NCBI GenBank assembly: GCA_043228905.1
Contig: JBHGNT010000011.1
Location: 4,960,001-5,024,000 of the forward strand
DNA: 64,000 nt
Direction of reading: 5' to 3'
DNA from: Azolla caroliniana
Lineage: Eukaryota > Plantae > Polypodiophyta
The position numbers were made by a program, and so were the translations under genes. This document shows positions 12,115-24,304 of the stretch, piece after piece (position 1 is the stretch's first letter; the number at the start of each line of letters is the position of its first letter). Below the pieces are notes generated by a model. That model made no database searches. It worked only from the letters and a program-made list of their open reading frames with translations, and was not told where the DNA came from.

Positions 12115-15100
12115 CTGGTTGCACAAAAAGGAAAAAAAAACCAAATTTTTAATGAGGTATATGGTTTTCAAAATATTTTTAGTAGTAAAGCAAAATGGGA
12201 ATCTAAGTAAACAGGACCTCATGTGCCGTGGAGAAAAGCACTATATTATGAAGAATCAAAGAACCAACTCAAACATAGTGTTGAACAGTATATGTGCACG
12301 CATTTATATCCAACACGTTCGAAAACCAGGAATTAACTTGCCTCATTGTCAACCATCATCGATTCCCTCATTTGACCCAATAAAAAAATAACTTTATGCG
12401 TTGAAAGTATGCATATGTTATTGTTTGTTTACACAGTAATGGACCAAACACATGCATACACGCACTTTTCCAATAAGAAGATGCGATTGACTTTCATAGC
12501 ATCTCTTAAAACCGGCAACAATACGCTCAAAGAAATCTATAAGCTTTTATATAGTTATTGACAAAGACCTTGTAATGGATCTTGGACCCTGGATCTTTGA
12601 AGTTTGTAAGCTTGTTCTTTTTCTTAGAGTGCCATTGTGACCCCCCTACCTCGCAACCTTTACTATAAAAGTCAAATGTTCATACTATTTCATTGAAGAG
12701 AGAATGCCATTATCTACGTGTGAAATCCTACAAAAAATAAAGATAGGGTCTATGGAAGAGGTAATGTTATATGACATCAGAGGTTATGCTCATATATCCA
12801 TATGGATTTCCATATAGAAAAATATAATGAGTACGGGGACACATAAATCTATATGGAGTGAAAGCAACAAGAGACTCATTATATTTGTGTCATATTTAGA
12901 AAATAAAGGTCTTTGTATGCATATTCCTTTTTATATGAATGACTTGGCAATTGTAGTTACGACTCATGACATGTTCTAGTTTTAAGAGTTGAAATTGCAT
13001 GTGTTTGATTGTGTGTGTTCAAGCAAGATAATATGTGTAGCATAATCTTAAATATTCACACTATGTATATAATACTAAAGTTTATCATAATTGCTTCTCA
13101 CTAGGGCACATTCCACTATCTCCAAATCTTCTTCTTTTTGTTACAATCTATTTTGAATGATTAATAGAAATGGTTTAGATTTCTGAATTAGCTTACTTTT
13201 GCCCGAAGAGATTAATATAAAAAACATTGTAACTAAGGTCAGTGGCTCTTGGGTATTTTTTTTAACGTCATGAAATAAGGACTAGAGTGCAAGTTGTAAA
13301 ACTAATGGCTTTAACAAAATATGGTTGCTCAAATTGCCGAGGGACATCATCTACCCTTTCAATGAGACTACTCTATTATACAGTGTAAATTAATTGTGGC
13401 ACCATGTGACCTTACATCCAAATTGTCACGTGATGCAACCTTTATTGTTGGCATCCTCCTAAAAAAGAAATTTCCAAATGATTTGCATGCCTATTCCATT
13501 TTTGACAACTCACATACCGACGTTGTTGGTGGACTTTCTTCTTCTTTGGAGATTATGAACCAAACTAGTCTTAATGCATAGGGTTGTGAAGTGATTGTTC
13601 ATGCATCTACCTCTTTGGTAGTTTTTGTAAATTTAGATGTTAATGATTGGATGTTTATATGAATTTTTTGTGAAAAGTTCATTTGAAAACACATCTTAAC
13701 AATTAATTAAAAATAGGTGCCTCGTGTATAAAACATTCTTTTCCGTTATCAAATGAATATTTATAATACAACTACTCATAACGGTTGACTAAATTAACAA
13801 AGATTTGTTCTCTGGAATGAGCACTATGTTTAGAATGGAACCTAAAGTTTGGGTAGTATAATTGGTAGGGTAATTTGTTTCATTTCATGAAACCAGTACA
13901 AAAAGTGTGATTAACAGCACACATTGGTCAAGAGTGCAGCAAGTCTAGACGCCATACTCTACACCCCAACGGTAAAGAAATATCCAAGAACATATATAGA
14001 AATGACGATATGCAAAGCTTGTGTTCTTTGCACCTAGGTATCTACGTATCCATGATTACGGGCTATTCTACAAGGATGGGTTTGTCTAGTTTCCACGATG
14101 AGACAATGACTCCTAATCATTGGCGCTTGAAACGGAAATGATAATAGTGAAAGTGATAATGCTTTTGAGAACGTCTATAAATCATCAGACGAAAATGTTG
14201 AATGATAAATAGAAGTATTTGAGCCCAAGGAACTTTTTCGAGCTCACTTGCAAACATGTGTCGACTGTTGAGAAAAGAAAATTGAAGACAACCATTAAAT
14301 ATATGTAGAAAGAGAGGAAGAACATGAAATGTCTTTAAAAGAGGTTCACAAATTCAAATAATATCGAAAACACATGTGGACGGCACACAAGTTTTGGCCA
14401 TCTCTATGCCAACAAGTTAAGGCTAAAGAAGTCTATGCTATGCTAAACTAGGAAGGTTGGAAATTATTGTGGAGTGACAATGCAAGAAGCCATTAAGTGG
14501 CATCAAAGAAATGTATTACCAAAGTAAATGTCAAGGAAAGTTTGTGAGAAGAAGACTACTTTAGGATTGGTGATAAAGTTCTAGAGACATGTACATTTGA
14601 TCACATCTAAATAGAGGGGACATAGAGGTTTGCATTATTGTTTTGGTCTGTTGGCACATCTAAAAGAGGTTTCACCAACGATGGAAAGAAAATGTCACTA
14701 TCTAAAGATGAGCCAAATGTGTATCTTTCCATGACAAAGTGCATGACATAAACTGACACTAACTTTGGAGATTGTTGGAAACCAGGTACCTTTAAAGTTG
14801 GAGAGAGAAAAAGTGAGAGTGTATTAGCACCATGGCATACGTGTTGATTCAACTTGAAGGTCTACTATAGTGCATAAGGGTATGCAAAAATGGTGACAAT
14901 ATATACAACTTCGGCAGGAGAAAGACAGACAGTATCAACGTTTACGATAGTTTACTGAGGTTTTGATTGTCCACTAGAGGCACCAGTATAAACCATCTGT
15001 GTGTACATGACGGGGGTGGAGACAATGATCAAGTGTGTGTGTGATGTGGTAGGGAAAGAGCGATCACTTACAAAATGATATGTTACATTAATGTCTACAA

Positions 15101-15653
15101 AAAAAACTTTGTGTGAAGTTTACCTGGAGGGCATCGCCAACATTGATGACAAGAGAGTTACGTGAGGGCTTGACGGTGATCCATTGGCCGTCTTTACAAA
15201 TTTGGAGGCCGCCGACCTGGTCTTGATGCAACACGGTGAGCAAATGAGGGTCGGAGTGCGAGCCCAAACCAAGTGTCATGGACGGTTGTGGGCACGGGGG
15301 GTAGCAGTTAAACCGAATCACCGAGTTTCTACCGTCCTGGACCATGGTGTTCTCGCTCCTCGGGCGTTGCGGGTAGGTGGTGCCCCCCTTGCAATGGATG
15401 CGGTCGAGAAGCATGTCGAGGATGCGGAGGGCGACACCCTTCATCGCATCGCTGAACTCGTTGGCGGCCTTCCTGAAGACACACACACATGGGCAAACAT
15501 TGAGATCACATGGTACGAGAGGCACGAGGTAGCATGTGCATGTGAACACACACCATCATTTTGCAAAGCACATAAACTTGCCTTCATTTTGCCCTACATG
15601 TATATATGTATGTGTACGTGTATAAGAGTATATGTATATGTATATGAATATGA

Positions 15654-15703
<50 letters not shown>

Positions 15704-15704
15704 G

Positions 15705-15751
<47 letters not shown>

Positions 15752-17261
15752 GTGTATAAGAGTATGTGTATATGTATATGTATCATGTATGAGTATATGT
15801 ATCATGTATAAGAGTATATACATATATAAATCCACTGAATGGGCCAATCAGCGGCAGTCACGTGGCTTTTTCTAGAGCGAGAATGTGATGCCCAACGCTC
15901 GGAAAATTTGTTGGCTTCTAATCCTACGGGGATCGCGTGATTATGGCCTAATTAAGCTTCATTGCCTGAATTAAACTTGCTTAAGGCGGGCTCATGGAAG
16001 GATTAAGGTCTGGATTCGATGGGGATTTAACGTGCGTGCGTGATTAGTGGATAAGCAAGGTGGGATGAGGCAGTGGCGCTACATTTGGGATAGTTAAGGC
16101 ACTAGATTAGGGAATAGGATGTTGAATTAGAGCACGATTTAGGTGTTATGATGTGGGCACTAGATTTAGGCATCCTTGATGGAGGAAAATCCAGCAGCTG
16201 CCATTGATAGGAAGGAAACTGTTTGTGATTAGGAGATCCGAAGCTGATTAAAGCACAACTATAAGCCACGAGGAGTCTAGCAGAGCAGTATAAAGCGACT
16301 GATTCAGGCATTGCGAATTAACACTTAGCCGTGTTTACGAAATCGTGCAGCATGATTAAGAGGGGCAATTATTAATCAGCCTAGGGCGGCGTGATTAAGC
16401 AGAGATGAGGCGATACCTAAGGGAGATATTAAGAATCGGATGTGTGGATGAAGAGATCGGGAACTAAAAATTGCAAGTCGGGGGATTAAGAAAGGATGGA
16501 TGGGCCAGCATTGTGTAAGAAAGCAAAATTTAAGCCAAAATGTGGAAGCCTGATTAAGGCGATGAGGCGAGGGGCGAGGGCGAGGGCGAGGGCGTGACAG
16601 AATTAGAATATACAGAAATCATGATGAATAATTGGTGAGATAATTGGGGGAAAGTTCAAAACCTGAATTCGGCGGCGGAGTGGCAGTTGCGATCGAGCCA
16701 GAGCTGATTGGCGAAAGGCTCCATGTCTGCGGAGGAGCAAGGGAGCTGGAGGGACTCCATCCATGGCAAATCCCTCTTGAGATTGGTACCCCAGCCGCCG
16801 CACGCATATCCCATGGGCTTCATCGAAGATCCGTCCCGCAGGATGCGTTTCTTCTGCTCGAACTCCAGCTCGAAGAAGGCGCGCGCGTGTCCCTCCATCC
16901 GCCGGAGCAGCTCCTCCGGCACCCCGTGCCCCACCACCTGGAAGAACCCCCACTCCTTGGCTGCCACCGCCATTTGTCCGGAGATCGTACCTCCCCCCGC
17001 ACCATCCATCGTACCCCCCATATCGATGACCGGGATGAGCTTCGCGTTCTCGAATTGGTCGTGCGCGATCAATGGCCGCTCCTTCTCCGCCCACTCGTAG
17101 TCCTTGAGGTTGAAGATGCACGGCGGCACGCCTTTCGGCTTCAGCTTCGGTTGCTGCCGTTGCAAGGCCGCCGCTGCCGCCGCTGCCATGGCCGCCGCCG
17201 ACACCACCCCGCTCTCCGTAATGGCCGGCCGGAAATTGTCTTTCACCCCAACACTAGCCAT
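11887..17261 (-). CDS. GA20ox: 2-oxoglutarate/Fe(II) dioxygenase, gibberellin 20-oxidase-like; exons 17261-16663, 15472-15124, 12114-11887; 391 aa
   Basis: GT-AG introns keep the frame (phase 2, then phase 0). DIOX_N motifs IPVID and [13 protein letters not shown]; LPWMES (compare GA20ox LPWKET); NCYPPCPQP; HSD...H iron triad ([26 protein letters not shown]); RLS 2-OG motif; YRPFTW. The three-exon layout is typical of GA20ox. The 2-ODD call is strong; the GA20ox sub-family call is moderate. Confidence 0.85.
13550..14900 (+). mobile_element. Possible highly decayed DNA transposase (hAT-like) remnant in intron 2
   Basis: Coding-like purine-rich stretch with faint hAT-like remnants (e.g. LAPWH...KVYY near 14825-14870). 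No open frame. Confidence 0.3.
15124..15472 (-). CDS. GA20ox-like exon 2
   Basis: Acceptor GTCTTCAG|G and donor CTCCAG|GTAAAC. Encodes the HxD motif and ends INVGDALQ. Confidence 0.92.
15598..15828. repeat. (ATATGT)n hexamer microsatellite in intron 1
   Basis: Directly visible tandem TATGTA units; these generate the spurious YVYV/HIHI ORFs. Confidence 0.97.
16663..17261 (-). CDS. GA20ox-like exon 1
   Basis: ATG at 17261, high-GC codon usage, donor GAATTCAG|GT at 16663/16662. Confidence 0.9.
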
Positions 17262-17267
17262 CGATGG

Positions 17268-17404
17268 ATGTGTGTGTGTATATGTGTATGTGTGTGTGTG
17301 TGTGTGCGTGCGTGCGTGCGTGTGTGTGTGTGTATGAGAGAGAGAGAGAGAGAGATAGGGAGGGAGGGAGGGAGGGAGGGAGGGAGAGGTTTGTGTGTGT
17401 GAGT
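17268..17404. repeat. Compound (GT)n/(GTGC)n/(GA)n/(GGGA)n microsatellite in the 5' UTR of the GA20ox-like gene
   Basis: Directly visible immediately upstream of the ATG. Confidence 0.95.
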
Positions 17405-17451
17405 GAGGTGAAAGATGAGATCTAAAAATAGATCAAATACTCTTGTGATGT

Positions 17452-17514
17452 TTTTATAGACTTAAGGTCAAAAATACTATATATATGTATATGTATGTAG
17501 ATGATGTTTTTATA
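17452..17514 (-). promoter_or_regulatory. Candidate TATA boxes (two CTATAAAAACATC copies)
   Basis: TATAAAA on the minus strand at 17452-17458 and 17508-17514, about 190-250 bp upstream of the ATG. Confidence 0.55.
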
Positions 17515-18116
17515 GCCTTAAAAGAATGATTAGAGGTCAACACTAAGCAAGGATTAATCCTAATGTTGATTTTGGATTAAGGTCCAATAGTGTCCACTAT
17601 ATTTCACTTGAAACTATAATTATGCTTACCTCCAAAGGAACTATAATAATTAGGATTAATCCTAATGTTAATTAGGATTAAGGCCTAGTGTCAATGCTTT
17701 TGAGCAAGGAAGGATTAATGGGATTGACCAAGGTTAATCCCGATGCTAATCGAGGTTTTGGTTGGCCGCACCCCCCCCCCTAAAGAAGAGAAGAAGGGAG
17801 GGATGTCTCTATGCAAGCACAAGTCTTCTAAGGATTATTGAGGGTTAAGCAAAATATGAGGTTTATCCAAAGAGGTGTAATAAATGACATACAAAGGCAA
17901 AACAAAATGATGGCACTTCTTTCTTGGAGAGTGGACGATGTCGTGCCCCTCCTTAGAGCTTATATAGAGATCTGGTTGGCCTCTGTTCGAAACGATAACA
18001 TCCGTTTGTTTTCTTCTTTTCCTCGGTTTACACTTCTTCAAATCGGATGACCACAATTTTTAATCACCCCTGTAGCACACCTTTTAGAGTGTGTAGATGT
18101 AATAGGTAGACCCACA

Positions 18117-18151
<35 letters not shown>

Positions 18152-18925
18152 TACACTAAAAAGCTAGAGAACATTTGTATGATTTAAAATCAAAATTATG
18201 GAATCCTCCCCCTCCCTCCCATGCCACCCCCCATGCCATCTCGTTCTTATATTCACACTAGTTCACTCATCTTTTCCATTTTGTCAGCCTTGTATCATTG
18301 TACCACTCAAAGAATGTCATGGGTATGAGAGATATATTGGCATAGGAATGTGTGTGTGTATGGGAGAGAGAGAAGGAGAGAAGAGAGAGAGAGAGAAAGA
18401 TTTTTCCTATCATAAAAAAATGCAAAACATCTTGATGATTCGCACGATTCGATCACCACATGCGAGAAAGATATCCATTTCCCTTCCCTGTCATCCCTCG
18501 ACGCGAAAATGACTCTTCTTAACTTTCAAATAAACAATCATCATGTCCATACTCAATGCTTATTATTACATTATTCACCTGATGCAATAATAAGGGAAAG
18601 GGCTCGTGGTAATGACACTTTGCCTACATTATGTTAATATTGCCTTTATCTCACAAAAGAGAATATGTTTGTGCATCCAAGTGTATACATACGTGTTATG
18701 TATGAGAGATAAGGATGCGCCGAGCTGCTTTCACGGAGAGGACATGAATATGAATGGCTAACAAGTGTACTAGAGGGGTAGTAGGTTTAGTGTCAAATGT
18801 TGCAATAATCTGAAGATTCAAAGTCATCATCGTGTGCATGTCCATGCCATCTAGGGAATGTACATTCAAATAATAATTAATGTATGTCTCACTCCTCACA
18901 ATCTACACTAAGGAAACATGAATCA

Positions 18926-18957
<32 letters not shown>

Positions 18958-19869
18958 CTTCCCTCTAGGCAACGAGAAATGCTCTTTGTCATAAATAAAT
19001 ATGTATGTCCTTGCTCCTCTCAACCTCACTTTCTTTGTGCCCTTTTCACCATTCAAACTCCAAATATATCTATATATACTTCACTTTCTTTGTGCCGTTT
19101 TCCCACATGATCGTCGGGTCCATCGAACGACGCAATCACTCTAAATATACCTTCTATAATATTATTTATTTGCCCATAATTCCTTCTTCGCCTAAAATTT
19201 TAACCTGTCATAAATGATAAGCTTGACTTGTTGAAGCTTTCAGTGCGAATAGGAGGAGCATTATGTGTTCTAAATTATTGAAATGCCATGTACAATTTGT
19301 TCTTTGAATCTCAATAATTGGGTCAGACTATTGGCCATTGACACACTTCTTTCAATTTTCATTTTCAACGAACTCATGTTTCTCCCAAACTTCCACACCG
19401 GCCAAAGAGATACCGTGTTAACTCAATTCTTTAAGCCATAAAGATAAAGTTGAACAAAGCATACACTCAATTTTAACTTCCGTGTATTTCCAATAGCTTA
19501 TCCCTTTGTCCATAGGAAAAATGTCATTGGTACGACTTTATAAACAATCATGTAACCCGACGACCTCCACAACGACATACCAATAATGGGAAAAATAAAG
19601 GGAGAGACTAGCTCCTCACACTAGCAAGATGGTTGAGATGAAAATAGTTCCTACACCACTTGATAAGCACACACATATCTCATGTTAATGAAGACGACCG
19701 GTCTCATCCACATAGGCATGCCACACATATTCAACTTTTAGACAAGGAATATGTTCCTATGATAAATTATAGAGGTTGTATTGTGTAGCCAATTACTTAG
19801 TCAAGTCAATCACTTTATTCGGTAATCAATTTCGTTTTCATCCATGTAATTTCATTTTCTTGCATACGC

Positions 19870-20040
19870 TATGAATCATTTTCTCGCATGACACGATTTA
19901 AGGGGATTTTCACACGCATCCTTTTATCTTATGGTGGAATTTAATATGACTTTCGTATGTATAATTTTTGTCATATGGTGTTGTTTAACGGGATTTTCAT
20001 ATGCATCATTTTCTCATATAATGTAGTTTAATGGGACTTT
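19870..20040. repeat. Degenerate ~44-bp tandem repeat, about 4 copies
   Basis: TTTAAnnnGAyTTT recurs near 19897, 19940, 19985 and 20027. Confidence 0.7.
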
Positions 20041-21439
20041 AAGGATTATAGCAACTCGACATATCGAACAAAAATAGGGATGGCTTTAGAGCCTAAGACT
20101 CATTTCATAAGCCAAAACACCACACTGTTTGATGTGAATTACAAAATTGATCAAACATGGTAGATAAAGCTATCACAATGCATTTGAGACAATGCATTTG
20201 TAGTTTGCATATTCATTAGGTAATAGAAAAGCTATCTCGATGTTAGGGGCTTGGGGAGAGCCCTCCTAGGAGAGACAGGAGAAACCAATAGTATGCATAC
20301 TTATTCATAGTGAGCTTAGAAGACTGACATTGTGCACACACATACTAACCAACAATACATGTCCGCATTGAAAGACATGCGCACAACATACAGACGCATA
20401 GGTCTTGTTATGTTACTCCGGATAAATGTCTTCTAGAGAGATGCCTCTCTGTCTTTTAGATGATTGGTAGTACAAACATTTTGATTTTGATAGTATCATT
20501 TTTATGGAGCATGACAAATGCAATGCAATCTAGGCAAGAATAAACAAAACTAGTATCAACATCTACTTGATGCCAACTTCCAATAATGAGTACCCAATCA
20601 TACACACAGAGAGATTTCTCGTCATTTTCCTTTTCAACGTTTTCATTGCTTTACCTTTTTTGTTATAGATAGTAATTGTACATGCTAGTGTGTGTCACCT
20701 TCCTTTCTTACATGATAAAAAGAATGGATCGAATTTTTACACCTACGTAGAGTTGGTAGTAAAGGCAATCGAAGATATCTGTTCATTTTAATCTCCAAAC
20801 ATAAAACAAATAAATGATAAGAAATTTGATATAAGGAAATATTAAATATATGGTTTGCACCCTCAACAAAAATAGTGTGTGGTCCATAACTTGGTTCAAT
20901 TATTACATATTAGATTGTTCAATTATTACATGTTGGATGTTGTTGTGGATGGGCTATGAGTGGTCATGGCACTTGATATCTTAGCAACATGTAATGGATC
21001 ATCAAGATTGAAAGCAATGTGCAATATATCTTATTTGTTAAAAGACATACATTTGTATCTTCATCACTATGCTCCTTCTGAAGATGCAAAATTCGTTTCC
21101 CCCATAACATGTTACCATTATAATTCAACACGGTTCAAGTTTGCATGGGCTTTAAAATAACTGCGAAATCCCAACATCACAAAGAAAAAAATCTAGAGTT
21201 GAATTGTTGTTTGATTTCTCATTTCTCATTAAATCTTAATGCATTAAGCTTCCCGTTGGGAGATTTTTATTTATAATTGTAATTTATATAGAACAATTCA
21301 CATAAGCATCCCATGGCAAGTGAGATATAAGACAAGTATAGATACTATGATTTTTTATACAAAGACATGAAGCAAGACAAGTTTGATGCTAGATAGATAG
21401 ATTAATGACTTGATTACAATGGGTTAACATATATCCATT

Positions 21440-23450
21440 ATATAGTTCTTACAAGGATACCTTGTTGTGCCTTATTGAAGGCACACAACTATAGTCTGTA
21501 CTCACTCATATTGTTGGGATTTATTAATGTGTTTAGATTGTTTATATCAAAAACATGTAACTTGAGTCCTTCCCAAGAATGAACCTTACTTTGCATGCCT
21601 CCAAGATTGCACTTCAAGTCCAATGCAATGTCGAAACATGATTTCATGAGCTTGTGTATATCAAAGAGTCAAAACTACATTTGTTGTTGAGACGTTATCT
21701 AAGCTTTGGAATTGCATTTATAAGCTTAGTCAAAGTAGGCTCTCCCTTATGGGAGTAGTTGTGTAGATAAAGAAGAAGGGTGTGATTGTATTGAAAAGAA
21801 AAAGGAAACATGCAAATACTAAAAATCACTTTGACAAGACATATTTAGGTGTGGATATACCACATGCCCCTATAATATTGCATGAAACCTACTATGTGGA
21901 AACTAGAGATTGATCTCAATCATAATATTGTTATGGATGCTACCATAATAGGTATGATGGAATATTGATCTAAAAGTTTATCTTGGATTGATACCTTGTC
22001 ATCATATTACATTTTTGGACTGCCAAGCTTAGACATGGAGGAAAGTGATCATAATTATGTGGGAAAATAGTTGATGTCACTTAGTGGAAAAAGTATGTGG
22101 TCTTTTGATAATGGCTATTCAATCATCATGATATTTTGTAAACGAATGATTATGGATTTGACATTACAACATGTCAAGCTCATAGCTTGTACATGTCTTT
22201 GTTATTCAACAATATGGATTTCAAACATACATGGATTATGTGAGCAAAATGTTGATATAACATTTTTTCTTATAAGCTAAGCCAAATAGAATAATTGTAA
22301 TGAATGGATTGTCACAATGTCTTAGTTTATAGCGGAAAAATATTGACGCAACATATTGTTTCATGTAGGCTAATTGAAATGTAATAGATCTAATCAATGA
22401 ATTTGTTTCGGTCATGACTTTTATAAACTACGCAAATGGATTGACTTAACCAATTGAATTTCATGTCAAAATCAATACAATAAACTTTATTAGCTTCATG
22501 TACATCTAATCATTGATGGATTCATCCAAGTGACTAAATAATATTCGAAAATGAATGGAAATTTCTGGTTTACCAACATTATTAAATAGTTATGAAAAAC
22601 ACTTACCTAATCCAGAATGTATACCTTGAGACTAATGTATACGGGTGAGATAGGGATGTGTCAAAAAATAACTAAATATTATCTGTCCTTGATAACCCTT
22701 TACGCTTCTCAAATGGTTGAAATAGTTAATACAAATATAAATATTTTATAGTTCAATTACGGTTAGCTTAATGGTGAAGTTATTGAAATTAAGTGTCAAG
22801 AGGTCCTAACTATGCATACTTCTCGAAGCATTGAAAGGGAGACCGTTGTCCATGTTGTATAACTTTCCTAACTACAAAACCGTACCTAATGCATGTCCAC
22901 GGCTTCCAAATTCAACATGCGCCTTGGTCAAATGTTCTCATTATGGCACTCAATGCCCAATAATACCTTCCACATCTATCATGTAGAATAGATACATCCA
23001 CAATTGTAGCTACAACCTCATGCATGAGACAATAATCAAACTCCACACGTGACATTATATTCATCAAGCTACGCCCTATTGTGACTTTATGCTATAACCT
23101 ACTCTATTGTGGTTTATGAATAGAAGATTCTCTTTGAGTTCTACTCTAATGTGAATTGTAAGTATCTTGCAAATAAGTCATACATTATGCCAACATTCTT
23201 TCATAGTCAATATATTACAATGTAACCTACCTAATTAATAGGTTCATTGTTTCATATATCCATCCATGCAATGTATCTTCATCCAACTTGAGTCTCATGT
23301 TGGTTTTCTATGCTATGATGCACAAAACATATCAAGTCTACTCAAGGTGCAACATACCGAAAGAATGGGTCAATTGTTCAAAATATCCTAACCTACTCTC
23401 CCAAACAAGGAAGGATAATATGAATGTCTTAAAGAAAAAAATTGAACTTC
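21440..23450. mobile_element. Very decayed non-LTR (LINE-like) remnants
   Basis: Scattered RT-like peptides (LSLMGVVV near 21740, YLGVDI near 21842) with no continuous frame. Confidence 0.3.
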
Positions 23451-23991
23451 TCTGCCAGCAATGTTAACACAAGTTTGTGCACTACGTAGCATTCATATGT
23501 AGACTAGGAGGCTCTATAAATATATATAAAATGCCTCTAGACTATGTTGATTATTGATTCCAATGTAGATATGTATGGAGCAATGACTGTGCTTGGCCAT
23601 ATGTGTTAACATTTTATTAAATTAATCTAATAATTGAGTTTTCATAAAATTTGTTCATGTTCCATGAGATAGAGATGCTTTATTTTAATATAATATTAAG
23701 AAATGATGATGATATCTTAATGTCCTTGAAAGCCTGAAAAACTCTACGGGACCCAAAAAGAACGTTGGACAAGAATCTTTCTACTCGAATAAGTTAATTG
23801 GTTTCCAAATATGTTGGTTTTATGTGATGATAATAGCATTGTAATTATGTGCTATTCTTGGCATTGCTGACTCCATCTCACTAGGAGTGTATACCTAAGT
23901 CACTATTCAATGTTTGTTGTGAGAATGTCATGGCACAACTAGTATTTTCATAATTATCTCTTAAACTAATTCATTTATCTATTTATATATA

Positions 23992-24304
23992 GGGAAAAGT
24001 ACCAAGATACCCCTGGAAGTTCGCCTATTTACCAGAATGCCCTTGGAAGTTCCAAATTTACCAAACTACCCCTATGTCCAAAAAAATACACTTTATAAAG
24101 TAAGTACAAAGGACCCAAAGAATCTCTTAAGTAAAGAAATGTGTGTTTTAAGGGTATTCTGGTAAATAGGGCTTGTAGATTTGAGTGTATAATTACTTTA
24201 TAAAGTGTATTTTTTTGGACATAGGGGTAGTTTGGTAAATTTGGAACTTCTAGGGGCATTATGGTAAATAGACGAACTTCCAGGGGTATCCTGGTACTTT
24301 TCCC
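23992..24304. mobile_element. Mutator-like MITE / foldback element
   Basis: ~110-bp TIRs GGGAAAAGTACC...GGTACTTTTCCC and a perfect 9-bp TSD TTATATATA (23983-23991 / 24305-24313). Confidence 0.93.

Noticed and set aside
15184-15847. ORFs with YVYVYV / HIHIHI / YIYIYI runs
   Set aside because: These are translations of the (ATATGT)n microsatellite and the antisense of exon 2, not proteins.
16603-17402. Overlapping ORFs of 130-252 aa in other frames or strand over exon 1
   Set aside because: Shadow ORFs caused by high GC; only the 2-ODD frame has family motifs.
23992-24304. Long hairpin as a miRNA precursor
   Set aside because: The TIR ends and 9-bp TSD identify a Mutator-like MITE; it may yield siRNA, but nothing here supports a miRNA gene.
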